From assembly GCA_045604945.1 (NCBI GenBank), contig JAZUPA010000076.1, forward strand, positions 2,281-66,280: a DNA stretch of 64,000 nt, read 5' to 3'. The translations under genes were made by a program, and so were the position numbers. The notes below the pieces were generated by a model. It did not search any database and had not been told where the DNA came from. It saw nothing but the letters and a program-made list of their open reading frames with translations. The stretch is from Acutalibacteraceae bacterium (GTDB taxonomy: Bacteria > Bacillota > Clostridia > Oscillospirales > Acutalibacteraceae). Below are positions 39,504-47,478 of the stretch, one piece after another (position 1 is the first letter of the stretch; each line of letters starts with the position of its first letter).

Positions 39504-40871
39504 ATGGCTAAGGTCAGAAGTGTTTATGTATGTTCAAATTGTGAATATGAAAACTCCAAGTGGTTGGGCAAGTGTCCTCATTGCGGAGAATGGAACACCT
39601 TCGAGGAGGTTGTGAAGCAGTCGGAAACTGCTGCGTCAGCAGTGCGCACTGCAGCGGTTTACGGTACTGCTCCCATGAAAATAGGCGAGATTCAGACCAA
39701 TGCAGAATTTCGCTATAATACAGGGCTCGGAGAGCTGGACAGGGTGCTTGGAGGAGGCATCGTCAAGGGCTCGATAATCCTTGTTGGCGGCGACCCGGGA
39801 ATAGGTAAGTCTACCATTCTGCTGCAGATATGTGAGCATCTGGGAAAAGGGCAGAAGGTGCTGTATGTATCGGGCGAAGAATCTGCAAAGCAGATAAAGC
39901 TCCGTGCAATGCGCCTTGGCGTCACCAGTGATGCTCTGTATATTCTGACCGAGACCAGTGTTGAGATTATAGCAGAACATATCGGCACAATGTCTCCTGA
40001 TATTGTAATAATTGATTCAATCCAGACCATGGGGCTGTCCTCGGTCTCGTCTTCTCCCGGCAGCGTTACCCAGATACGAGAATCCACGAACTATCTTACC
40101 GCCGTTGCAAAGATGCGCGATATACCCGTTTTCCTTGTAGGTCACGTCAACAAGGACGGCGCTCTGGCAGGTCCTAAGGTGCTCGAACATATTGTCGATG
40201 TTGTTCTTTACTTTGAAGGCGACAGAAATATGTCCTACAGAATTCTGCGCGCTGTCAAAAACCGTTACGGCTCCACTAACGAAATCGGCGTATTTGAAAT
40301 GAGTGACCATGGTCTTATGGAGGTTGAAAACCCCTCAATGATGCTGCTTTCGGGACGACCTGTCGGTGCATCGGGCTCCTGTGTTGCCTGTGTTATGGAG
40401 GGTACAAGACCTATTCTTGCAGAGGTGCAGGGGCTTGCCTGCCAGTCTGCTTATGAAAACCCCAGAAGAATGTCCACAGGCTTTGACCATAACAGACTGG
40501 CACTGCTTATTGCTGTGCTTGAAAAGAGAGCAGGGTATCTCTTCCATAAGTCTGATACATATATAAATGTTGTCGGCGGACTGAGGCTCGATGAGCCAGC
40601 TGCAGACCTTGCAGTGGCAGCGGCTCTCATAAGCAGCCTTACTGATACTGTAATAAGCGATGATGTTGTTATTTTCGGTGAGCTGGGTCTTGCAGGGGAA
40701 ATAAGAAGCGTATCCCACGCCGAAACACGCATCAAAGAAGCAGAAAGGCTTGGATTCAAGAGGTGTATTCTGCCAAAGCATAACGCAGATGTTATCAAGC
40801 TCTCTTCAGACAGCAAAATCAAGCTGATTGCAGCTAATGATATTGCGGATGTTGCAGCTGCCCTGCGCTGA
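39504..40871 (+). CDS. radA: DNA repair protein RadA/Sms
   Basis: N-terminal zinc ribbon (CSNC...CPHCGEW), Walker A GDPGIGKST, KNRYG motif and a Lon-like C-terminal domain. Confidence 0.95.
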   Translation: MAKVRSVYVCSNCEYENSKWLGKCPHCGEWNTFEEVVKQSETAASAVRTAAVYGTAPMKIGEIQTNAEFRYNTGLGELDRVLGGGIVKGSIILVGGDPGIGKSTILLQICEHLGKGQKVLYVSGEESAKQIKLRAMRLGVTSDALYILTETSVEIIAEHIGTMSPDIVIIDSIQTMGLSSVSSSPGSVTQIRESTNYLTAVAKMRDIPVFLVGHVNKDGALAGPKVLEHIVDVVLYFEGDRNMSYRILRAVKNRYGSTNEIGVFEMSDHGLMEVENPSMMLLSGRPVGASGSCVACVMEGTRPILAEVQGLACQSAYENPRRMSTGFDHNRLALLIAVLEKRAGYLFHKSDTYINVVGGLRLDEPAADLAVAAALISSLTDTVISDDVVIFGELGLAGEIRSVSHAETRIKEAERLGFKRCILPKHNADVIKLSSDSKIKLIAANDIADVAAALR

Positions 40872-41028
40872 AATTACCGAAATTGCTGCCGGGGAACAGA
40901 TATTCGTCCCGCTTTTTATAGAAAGGACAGCTGTCGCCGTTATCACTTATGACAGAAGTGCAGCCTGCAAGCTCACATCTGCCGTCAAACTGGTATCTGC
41001 ACTGACTGCTGCATGGAATTAAGTTCAT
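40834..41028 (-). CDS. Small cysteine-rich protein (64 aa) of unknown function
   Basis: The ATG at 41028 lies 5 nt after an AGGTGA RBS. Cys pattern is C-x3-C-x7-C-x4-C-x10-C. The 3' end overlaps radA by 38 nt. Confidence 0.5.
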   Translation of the reverse strand: MNLIPCSSQCRYQFDGRCELAGCTSVISDNGDSCPFYKKRDEYLFPGSNFGNFSAGQLQHPQYH

Positions 41029-41108
41029 TAAAATCACCTGAATTTGAGTTTTTCGTGTTTATTTTGCCCTTAATAAGGCTTTTATTCGCGATTTCGGAGA
41101 TGTTTTAT

Positions 41109-41840
41109 ATGGAAATACTCAAAAATCCGTTGCTTCCCGAAGGGAATGTTACATCAGTTATATGCGGAAATCATCCAAAACTCGCAGAAATGCTCAGAAA
41201 CAGGGGAGTGGAAGCAGTAACACTGGCTGACGATAACAGACTGCCGTTTCCTGTGAGAAATCACGCGGACATGCAGTGCTGCCATGCAGGTGTTGGTAAG
41301 ATTTTTACATCAAACATTGAACTGCCTGCTAAAATCAGTAACTACAGCATAAATCTTATATCTGAAATTCCGTCAGATATATACCCAAACGATTGTTTGC
41401 TTAATTGTTTTGTTATTAACGGAGTTCTTGTAACGGGAAAAAACTGTTCTGAATCTGTTATTGAATTTGCAGATAAAAATTCACTGGAAATCAGGACTGT
41501 AAATCAGGGCTACGCAAAATGCTCAACGGCGATTATCAGCAGCGATGCAGTGATTACTGCTGATAAAACTGTTGCAGCAGCTCTGGAGAATTACTGCAGC
41601 GTACAGATGATAGATCACGGACACATCATTTTGGAAGGCTACAATTACGGTTTTATCGGAGGTACCTGCGGAAAGCTGGCAAAGGACAAACTGGCTTTTT
41701 ACGGAAATCCGTTCAGGCATCCTGACGGCAAAAGGATAATTTCCTTTGCAGAGGAGAATAACTGCGAGGTAATATCGCTGCAGAATGGAGAGCTTATCGA
41801 TTTCGGCGGTTTTATACCGCTGTATGAGAAAAATCAGTAA
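41109..41840 (+). CDS. Conserved-looking hypothetical protein (243 aa), function unknown
   Basis: ATG at 41109 with a GGAG upstream. Contains NHADMQCCH and GYNYGFIGGTCG segments. I cannot name a family with confidence. Confidence 0.6.
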   Translation: MEILKNPLLPEGNVTSVICGNHPKLAEMLRNRGVEAVTLADDNRLPFPVRNHADMQCCHAGVGKIFTSNIELPAKISNYSINLISEIPSDIYPNDCLLNCFVINGVLVTGKNCSESVIEFADKNSLEIRTVNQGYAKCSTAIISSDAVITADKTVAAALENYCSVQMIDHGHIILEGYNYGFIGGTCGKLAKDKLAFYGNPFRHPDGKRIISFAEENNCEVISLQNGELIDFGGFIPLYEKNQ

Positions 41841-41845
41841 AATAT

Positions 41846-41892
41846 GGCGTCAGGGGAGATATTTTTACAGAAACCTTGACGCCCTGGTTTTT
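41846..41892 (+). terminator. Rho-independent terminator
   Basis: GGCGTCAGG pairs with CCTTGACGCC, followed by CTGGTTTTT. Confidence 0.7.
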
Positions 41893-41904
41893 ATATGATA
41901 TAAT
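41876..41904 (+). promoter_or_regulatory. Sigma-A promoter with extended -10 for the Xer-family gene
   Basis: TTGACG (41876-41881), 17 nt, TATAAT (41899-41904), preceded by TGA. Confidence 0.6.
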
Positions 41905-41930
41905 TATACAAAATGAATATTTTGTATAAT
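41903..41930. other. Perfect 28-bp palindrome with 11-6-11 architecture; dif-like Xer core site or an operator
   Basis: In ATTATACAAAA-TGAATA-TTTTGTATAAT the two arms are exact reverse complements. It overlaps the -10/TSS region and ends 15 nt before the recombinase ATG. Confidence 0.45.
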
Positions 41931-41945
41931 TGAGGGCAGAGGATT

Positions 41946-42920
41946 ATGAAAATAGAGTACATGAAACAAGCTCCTGAGGTTCTTAAAGGCTATTTTGGCT
42001 ATCTGGAGACCGTTAAAGGAAAATCTGCAAAAACTGTTGAAGAATACTTTCTTGACATCAGAACCTTTTTAAGATATCTGAAAATCTCTCGCGGCGTTAT
42101 TTCTACTGATGCAGAATTCTCAGAAATCGACATCAGTGACATTGACGTTGAGTTTTTATCCCGTGTGACGCTTACAGAAATTTTTATGTTTATGAACTAT
42201 ACAGCTTCAGAGCGTAAAAACGACGCAGCAGCTCGTTCCAGAAAATCTTCAGCTCTGAGATCGCTGTTTGATTATCTGACCAATCGCACAGGTCTTATCA
42301 AGGAAAATCCCACACTGAATCTTGACAACCCAAAACTCAAGTCAGCTCTCCCCAAGTTTCTCAGTCTTGAGCAAAGCCGCAAGCTTCTGGAAGCTATTGA
42401 CGGACCTTATAAAGCCCGTGATTATTGTATCGTAACTTTGTTTCTTAACTGCGGTATGCGTCTTTCCGAGCTCGTCGGAATAAATCTCAGCGACATTCTC
42501 GACGACAGACTGCGAATTACCGGTAAAGGCAATAAACAGCGCATTGTATATCTCAATGATGCCTGTATTGAAGCTATCAGAGATTATCTCAAGGTCAGAC
42601 CTGTTGACTGCGTAAAAGACCGCGATGCACTGTTTATAAGCCGAAATAAGAACCGAATCAGCCCTAAGACAGTACAGTATCTTGTTAAAAAATACCTGTC
42701 GGCAATCGGTCTTGATGAAATGAGCGTGCATAAGCTCAGACACACAGCCGCTACGCTTATGTATCAGCACGGCGGCGTAGATATAAGAATCCTGCAGGAT
42801 ATTCTCGGGCATGAAAATCTCGGCACAACGCAGATTTACACCCATATTTCCGATGAGCAGATGCGCAAAGCTGCCCAGTCAAATCCGCTGTCGGATGTCG
42901 GAAAAAAGAAAAAACAGTAA
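41946..42920 (+). CDS. Xer-family tyrosine recombinase (second copy in this window)
   Basis: 324 aa with ARDYCIVTLFLNCGMRLSEL, HKLRHTAAT and LGHENLGTTQIYTH catalytic motifs. Confidence 0.85.
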   Translation: MKIEYMKQAPEVLKGYFGYLETVKGKSAKTVEEYFLDIRTFLRYLKISRGVISTDAEFSEIDISDIDVEFLSRVTLTEIFMFMNYTASERKNDAAARSRKSSALRSLFDYLTNRTGLIKENPTLNLDNPKLKSALPKFLSLEQSRKLLEAIDGPYKARDYCIVTLFLNCGMRLSELVGINLSDILDDRLRITGKGNKQRIVYLNDACIEAIRDYLKVRPVDCVKDRDALFISRNKNRISPKTVQYLVKKYLSAIGLDEMSVHKLRHTAATLMYQHGGVDIRILQDILGHENLGTTQIYTHISDEQMRKAAQSNPLSDVGKKKKQ

Positions 42921-42922
42921 TA

Positions 42923-42950
42923 AAAAGCCCACTCATAAGAGTGGGCTTTT
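42923..42950. terminator. Bidirectional terminator at the convergence of + and - gene blocks
   Basis: AAAAGCCCACTC-ATAA-GAGTGGGCTTTT. Confidence 0.85.
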
Positions 42951-42955
42951 GAACA

Positions 42956-44617
42956 TTATGCGGTTTCGCCGTTGTCCTCAAGCTCAAAGTGCTTTGCAGC
43001 CTTGTCGCGAAGCTTGAATTTCTGAATCTTGCCGCTGGCGGTAAGCGGGAAACTGTCAACAAACCAGACGTATTTGGGAACCTTGTGGCGAGCCATGCTG
43101 GAGCGCACATAATCCTGGATTTCCTCTTCTGTAACCTCGCAGCCTTCTTTCTTGATAATGCAGGCACAGATTTCCTCGCCGAATACCTTGCTGGGTACAC
43201 CGACGACCTGAACATCACTGACTGCATCGTGACGGTAAAGGAAATCTTCGATTTCTTTAGGATAGATATTCTCACCGCCGCGGATGATCATATCCTTGAT
43301 TCTGCCTGTGATCTTATAATAACCCTCGTCGTCTCTGACGGCAATATCACCGGTGTGGAGCCATCCGTCACGGATTGCCATTGCAGTAGCTTCCTCCATC
43401 TTGTAATAACCCTGCATGACGTGGTATCCGCGGGTTACAAACTCGCCGGGAACGCCATTGGGCAGGTCTTCCCCGGTCTCCGGATCAACAATCTTGTTTT
43501 CGCAGCCCGGCAGGTCACGTCCTACGGTATTTACGCGCTTTTCTATAGAGTCATCGGTTCTGCTCATTGTGCAGCCGGGAGAAGCCTCTGTCTGACCGTA
43601 GGTGATTGTAATATCTCTCATGCCCATCTTCTCAATAACCTGACGCATGGTAACCAGCGGACAGGGCGAGCCTGCCATAATACCTGTACGAAGAGATGAA
43701 AGGTCAACATCCTCAAATTCGGGATGCTCAAGCATGGATATAAACATTGTGGGAACGCCATGGAAAGCGGTGCATTTCTCACTTTCAATGGCTCTCAGGC
43801 ACTTTATCGGGCTGAAAAGGTCAATGGGAACCATGGCAGAAGCGTGAGTGATGCAAGCCATCATTGCAAGAACCATGCCGAAGCAATGGAAGAACGGAAC
43901 GGTTATGCAGAGCTTGTCGTTTTCGGTAAACGCCATACAATCACCGATGAAACGTCCGTTGTTGAGGATGTTCTTGTGGGTCAGCATAACGCCCTTGGGG
44001 AATCCTGTTGTACCGGAAGTGTACTGCATATTTGCAACATCATCAGGTTTGTTGGACTCAAATACCCTGCGGAAATCCTCGTAGGGAGTTTTCTCAGCGC
44101 GGTTATACAGCTCCTTGAAGTTGAGCATGCCTGCAGGAGTATTCTCTCCTGCGAAGAATATATTCTTAAGGAAAGGAAGCTCCGGAACATTAAGCTCATC
44201 GGGATTCTGATCCTTGAGGTCGGGAATGAGCTGATTTACTATTTCAACATAGTCATTCTTCTTCCAGCGGTCAATCATGACGAGGACCTTGGAGTCGGAC
44301 TGACGGAGCAGATACTCAAGCTCAAACACTTTATAAGCAGTATTTACAGTAACAAGTACAGCACCGATTTTAACAGATGCATAGAAGGTAAGCATCCATT
44401 CAGGAACATTAGTAGCCCAGACTGCTACATGGTCGCCCTTTTTGACGCCCATAGCCATAAGTCCGCGAGCGATAACATCAATTTCATCGGAAAATTCCTT
44501 CCAGGTTCTTGAGTAATCGCGATCGGTGTACTTTACAGCCTCACGGTCAGGATACTTTTCAGCAAGCTCTTCGATCTGCTGACCGATGGTTTTGTTCCAT
44601 AATACTAATTCGCTCAT
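42956..44617 (-). CDS. AMP-dependent acyl-CoA synthetase/ligase, YngI/ACSF2-like
   Basis: 553 aa with YTSGTTGFPKGVMLTH, GYGQTE-like YGQTEASP, GWLHTGD, GGENIYP and GKIQK motifs. The ATG at 44617 follows a GGAGGA RBS. Confidence 0.88.
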   Translation of the reverse strand: MSELVLWNKTIGQQIEELAEKYPDREAVKYTDRDYSRTWKEFSDEIDVIARGLMAMGVKKGDHVAVWATNVPEWMLTFYASVKIGAVLVTVNTAYKVFELEYLLRQSDSKVLVMIDRWKKNDYVEIVNQLIPDLKDQNPDELNVPELPFLKNIFFAGENTPAGMLNFKELYNRAEKTPYEDFRRVFESNKPDDVANMQYTSGTTGFPKGVMLTHKNILNNGRFIGDCMAFTENDKLCITVPFFHCFGMVLAMMACITHASAMVPIDLFSPIKCLRAIESEKCTAFHGVPTMFISMLEHPEFEDVDLSSLRTGIMAGSPCPLVTMRQVIEKMGMRDITITYGQTEASPGCTMSRTDDSIEKRVNTVGRDLPGCENKIVDPETGEDLPNGVPGEFVTRGYHVMQGYYKMEEATAMAIRDGWLHTGDIAVRDDEGYYKITGRIKDMIIRGGENIYPKEIEDFLYRHDAVSDVQVVGVPSKVFGEEICACIIKKEGCEVTEEEIQDYVRSSMARHKVPKYVWFVDSFPLTASGKIQKFKLRDKAAKHFELEDNGETA

Positions 44618-44631
44618 TGTAATTCCTCCTG

Positions 44632-44906
44632 AAAAAAAGCCCCTCAATATGCCTGAAGCATATCAAGGGACGTAGAAAACTAATTCTGCGTGGTACCACC
44701 CAAGTTCAGCGGAAAATCCGCCCTCAGAGGTCTCTATCAAGACCCGACCGTTAACGCCGGTCAGACGTCCTGCGCTGAATATCACACAGGCAACTCCGGG
44801 ACGAGTTATCCACACAGCAATTGTATCGGCTCGCACCAGACCGCCGATTCTCTGAAAGCAATAAGTCTGTGTCTTTTTCCCTTCACAGTCTTTAAGAATT
44901 TACATT
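44632..44906 (-). promoter_or_regulatory. T-box riboswitch with a probable Leu (CUC) specifier
   Basis: On the minus strand: AGAGA plus GGUGCGA; GGAUAA-CUC-G-UCCCGGAG (CUC is the complement of 44803-44805); T-box AACUUGGGUGGUACCACGC (44706-44688); UGGUACC bulge; terminator CCCUUGAUAUGC...GCAUAUUGAGGG plus U7 (44669-44632). Confidence 0.88.
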
Positions 44907-44912
44907 GGTAAA

Positions 44913-44941
44913 ATTATATTTTCAAAATCATAAAATGTCAA
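44913..44941 (-). promoter_or_regulatory. Consensus sigma-A promoter of the T-box leader
   Basis: On the minus strand: TTGACA (44941-44936), 17 nt, TATAAT (44918-44913). Confidence 0.7.
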
Positions 44942-44959
44942 GAGTAATTTTCAAAAAAA

Positions 44960-45253
44960 TCAATTATATCCGAAGAGGCTGTCGATTATGCTTGGACGTT
45001 TCTTGCTGCATTGAGGCTCATTGCAGTTTACGAGTATTGTATCCTTGCCAATGACTTCAATTTCCTCCCAGCAGATAACGCAGTCATCATCTCTGCCGAG
45101 CAGCCCGAAAAACCTGCTCCTGCCATAAATAATAATCGCGCAGACCCTTGCAGTACAGGTGTCCACCTCAACATCACTGACATATCCGAGGCATCTGCCG
45201 TCTCGAACATTGATTACATCTTTATTTCTCAGATCTGTGATTCTGCAGTTCAC
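44960..45253 (-). CDS. ylmC: YlmC/YmxH-family sporulation protein (PRC-barrel)
   Basis: ITDLRNKDVINVRDGRCLGYVSDVEVD...IIIYG...GKDTILV. The GTG at 45253 lies 8 nt after a GGGAGG RBS. Confidence 0.8.
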   Translation of the reverse strand: MNCRITDLRNKDVINVRDGRCLGYVSDVEVDTCTARVCAIIIYGRSRFFGLLGRDDDCVICWEEIEVIGKDTILVNCNEPQCSKKRPSIIDSLFGYN

Positions 45254-45307
45254 TGTCAGCACCTCCCATACTGAATAATATGCAGCATAGGCGCAAACTA
45301 TGACAAA

Positions 45308-45898
45308 TCACAAATCCAACTCATAAATTTCGACGCTGTCTGCATCAGCTGCGGCAGCAACAGAACATATGCAATCATCAAAAATTATTGTTCTGAGTTT
45401 GAGGGAGAGCTGATTTCTTGAAATGCAGTTCAGCGGTTCAAGGTTTTCATCGACAAGATTACAGCCGAAAAACCAGTCACTGAACCCCTCCCCTGTTGCC
45501 TTGCATATTGCTTCGCGCAGCGTCCAGAGAATGGTTGCTCTTTCATCGGCGTTTCCGCTATTGATAAATTTTTGCTCGTTATCAGAAAAAAGTCTTTCTT
45601 TTGTGTGAACAGAAAATGTGCGTACAGCTTCTGCATCTACTCCTATTTCACCGTCGGAAACAGCAAGCAAAATTGTATTTTCAGTGTGAGAAATACTTAT
45701 AAACAGCGGAGAATCGACAATATAAGGCTTTCCTTTTTCTGTTTTGCTTATCACTGCATCAATGCCCGTCAGCTCAGTTATCCGTTCTTCAAGCAGCCTG
45801 TATGCGGTTTCTGAAATTAGCCTGTTTTTTTCTGCTTTTGAACTAAGGGCGGCTTTGCAGAGAAAGCCGCCCAGTCTGTACAAATAAAGTTTAATCAT
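45308..45898 (-). CDS. 4'-phosphopantetheinyl transferase, Sfp type
   Basis: GKPY..., ISISHT, IGVDAE and WTLREAICKATGEG motifs. Its ATG overlaps the upstream kinase stop (ATGA). Confidence 0.8.
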   Translation of the reverse strand: MIKLYLYRLGGFLCKAALSSKAEKNRLISETAYRLLEERITELTGIDAVISKTEKGKPYIVDSPLFISISHTENTILLAVSDGEIGVDAEAVRTFSVHTKERLFSDNEQKFINSGNADERATILWTLREAICKATGEGFSDWFFGCNLVDENLEPLNCISRNQLSLKLRTIIFDDCICSVAAAADADSVEIYELDL

Positions 45899-47406
45899 TC
45901 AAAGCTCCACTTGAGTGCATCATAGAACTTGCAGTACTTTGCATACTGCTTCTTATATACTTCGATATTCTCAGGATTCGGGAGGGTTTCGCTCTCGGGC
46001 TTGATGATTGCAACGGTGGATGCAACACTGTCCCAGATGCCGCCAGCAACGCCTGCTACAAGAGCTGCACCGAAGCTGCCGCCTTCAGCACTGCCGAATA
46101 CTGTGTGAACGGGAAGATTGAATACATCTGCAAAAATCTGTCTCCAGATGGGAGCATAAGCGCCGCCGCCTGCGAGAACAACGGAATCGGTGGAAATGCC
46201 TTCGCTGACGCTGAGAATGAGGTCATAGACCTGCTTGAGGGAGTATGCAACGCCCTCCATGACAGCTCTTGCAAAGTGACCCTTCTTCTTTGTGGAGTCG
46301 ATTCCCAGGAAAGCACCTCTTGCATTGGGGTCATTTATGGGTGCGCGCTCACCGGTCAGGTAAGGCAGGAAAATAAGACCTTCTGCACCTGCAGGAGTAT
46401 CCTTTGCAATTTCATCAAGAAGAGCAAAGGGGCTTTTTCCCATATCTTCAGCAACAACGCTTTCATAATCGCCAAAGGTGTTCTTGAACCACTGATAGCT
46501 GCCTGCTGCAGCAAGAGTAACGCCCATTGCATGCCATGTATCAGGAGCATTGTTGCAGGAAATCTGCAGAGAGCCGCCGGGATTGGGGGTGTAAGCAGGA
46601 AGGCTCATGGCTACAACACCTGAGGTTCCGAGAGTGATGCCGATTCTGCCTGCACCGATGAGTCCGAGACCGGTTGTGGATATAACAGCGTCACCGCCGC
46701 CTGCACATACAAGGCAGGTTTCGGGCAGACCGGTAAGAGCAGAAGCTTCTGCAGTAATATTGCCTACAACATCCTGAGACTCAATTACCTTCGGGAAATG
46801 GCTCTTTTCAAGACCGATCTTCTCTATCAGCTCATAAGCCCATACTTTGTTTTTGACATCAAAAAGACCAAAGCCCGATGCATCGGAAACATCAGTCTCA
46901 AGAGTTCCTGCAAGGCGGAATCTGATATAGTCCTTTGGGTTGACAATAAGCTTTGTCTTGGCATAATTCTCAGGCTCATTCTGCTTCATCCAGAGGATTT
47001 TACCGCCCGTAAAGCCTGTGAGCATTCTGTTGTTTGTATAGGAAAGCAGACCTTCAAGACCGCCTGCCTTTTCGGTGATCTCATCACACTGAGCAGCAGT
47101 TCTCTGGTCATTCCAGAGAATAGCGTTTCTGATCACATTATTGTTCTCGTCCAGAGCGACCATACCGTGCATCTGACCTGAGAAGCCAACGCAGACTACT
47201 TCGCCTTCGCACTTTGCCAGAACTCTCTTGATACCTCTGACAACTGCCTGCCACCAATCCTCGGGATTCTGCTCAGTCCAGCCGGGCTGGGGAGTAAAAA
47301 GCGGATATTCTTCAATAGCTGTTGCACAGATGCTGCCATACTCATCAAGAGCGAGAATTTTGCAGCCGGAAGTACCGACATCTATGCCCATTACCAGTCT
47401 TGCCAT
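45895..47406 (-). CDS. xylB: FGGY-family carbohydrate kinase, xylulokinase-like
   Basis: MGIDVGTSGCKILA, GWTEQNPEDWW and a GGGA-type C-terminal motif. The ATG at 47406 lies 8 nt after a GGAGG RBS. Confidence 0.75.
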   Translation of the reverse strand: MARLVMGIDVGTSGCKILALDEYGSICATAIEEYPLFTPQPGWTEQNPEDWWQAVVRGIKRVLAKCEGEVVCVGFSGQMHGMVALDENNNVIRNAILWNDQRTAAQCDEITEKAGGLEGLLSYTNNRMLTGFTGGKILWMKQNEPENYAKTKLIVNPKDYIRFRLAGTLETDVSDASGFGLFDVKNKVWAYELIEKIGLEKSHFPKVIESQDVVGNITAEASALTGLPETCLVCAGGGDAVISTTGLGLIGAGRIGITLGTSGVVAMSLPAYTPNPGGSLQISCNNAPDTWHAMGVTLAAAGSYQWFKNTFGDYESVVAEDMGKSPFALLDEIAKDTPAGAEGLIFLPYLTGERAPINDPNARGAFLGIDSTKKKGHFARAVMEGVAYSLKQVYDLILSVSEGISTDSVVLAGGGAYAPIWRQIFADVFNLPVHTVFGSAEGGSFGAALVAGVAGGIWDSVASTVAIIKPESETLPNPENIEVYKKQYAKYCKFYDALKWSFE

Positions 47407-47478
47407 AATTACATCCTCCATATATCAGGTTATGTAATTTTATTTTATAACAAAATTTGCAGTTTGTCCAGTGAAATA

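Noticed and set aside
41946-42920. Xer-family recombinase considered as a phage or ICE integrase marking a mobile element.
   Set aside because: There are no phage, conjugation or cargo genes, no tRNA target and no flanking direct repeats. The neighbours are housekeeping genes (radA, acyl-CoA ligase). A chromosomal Xer-type role is more likely.
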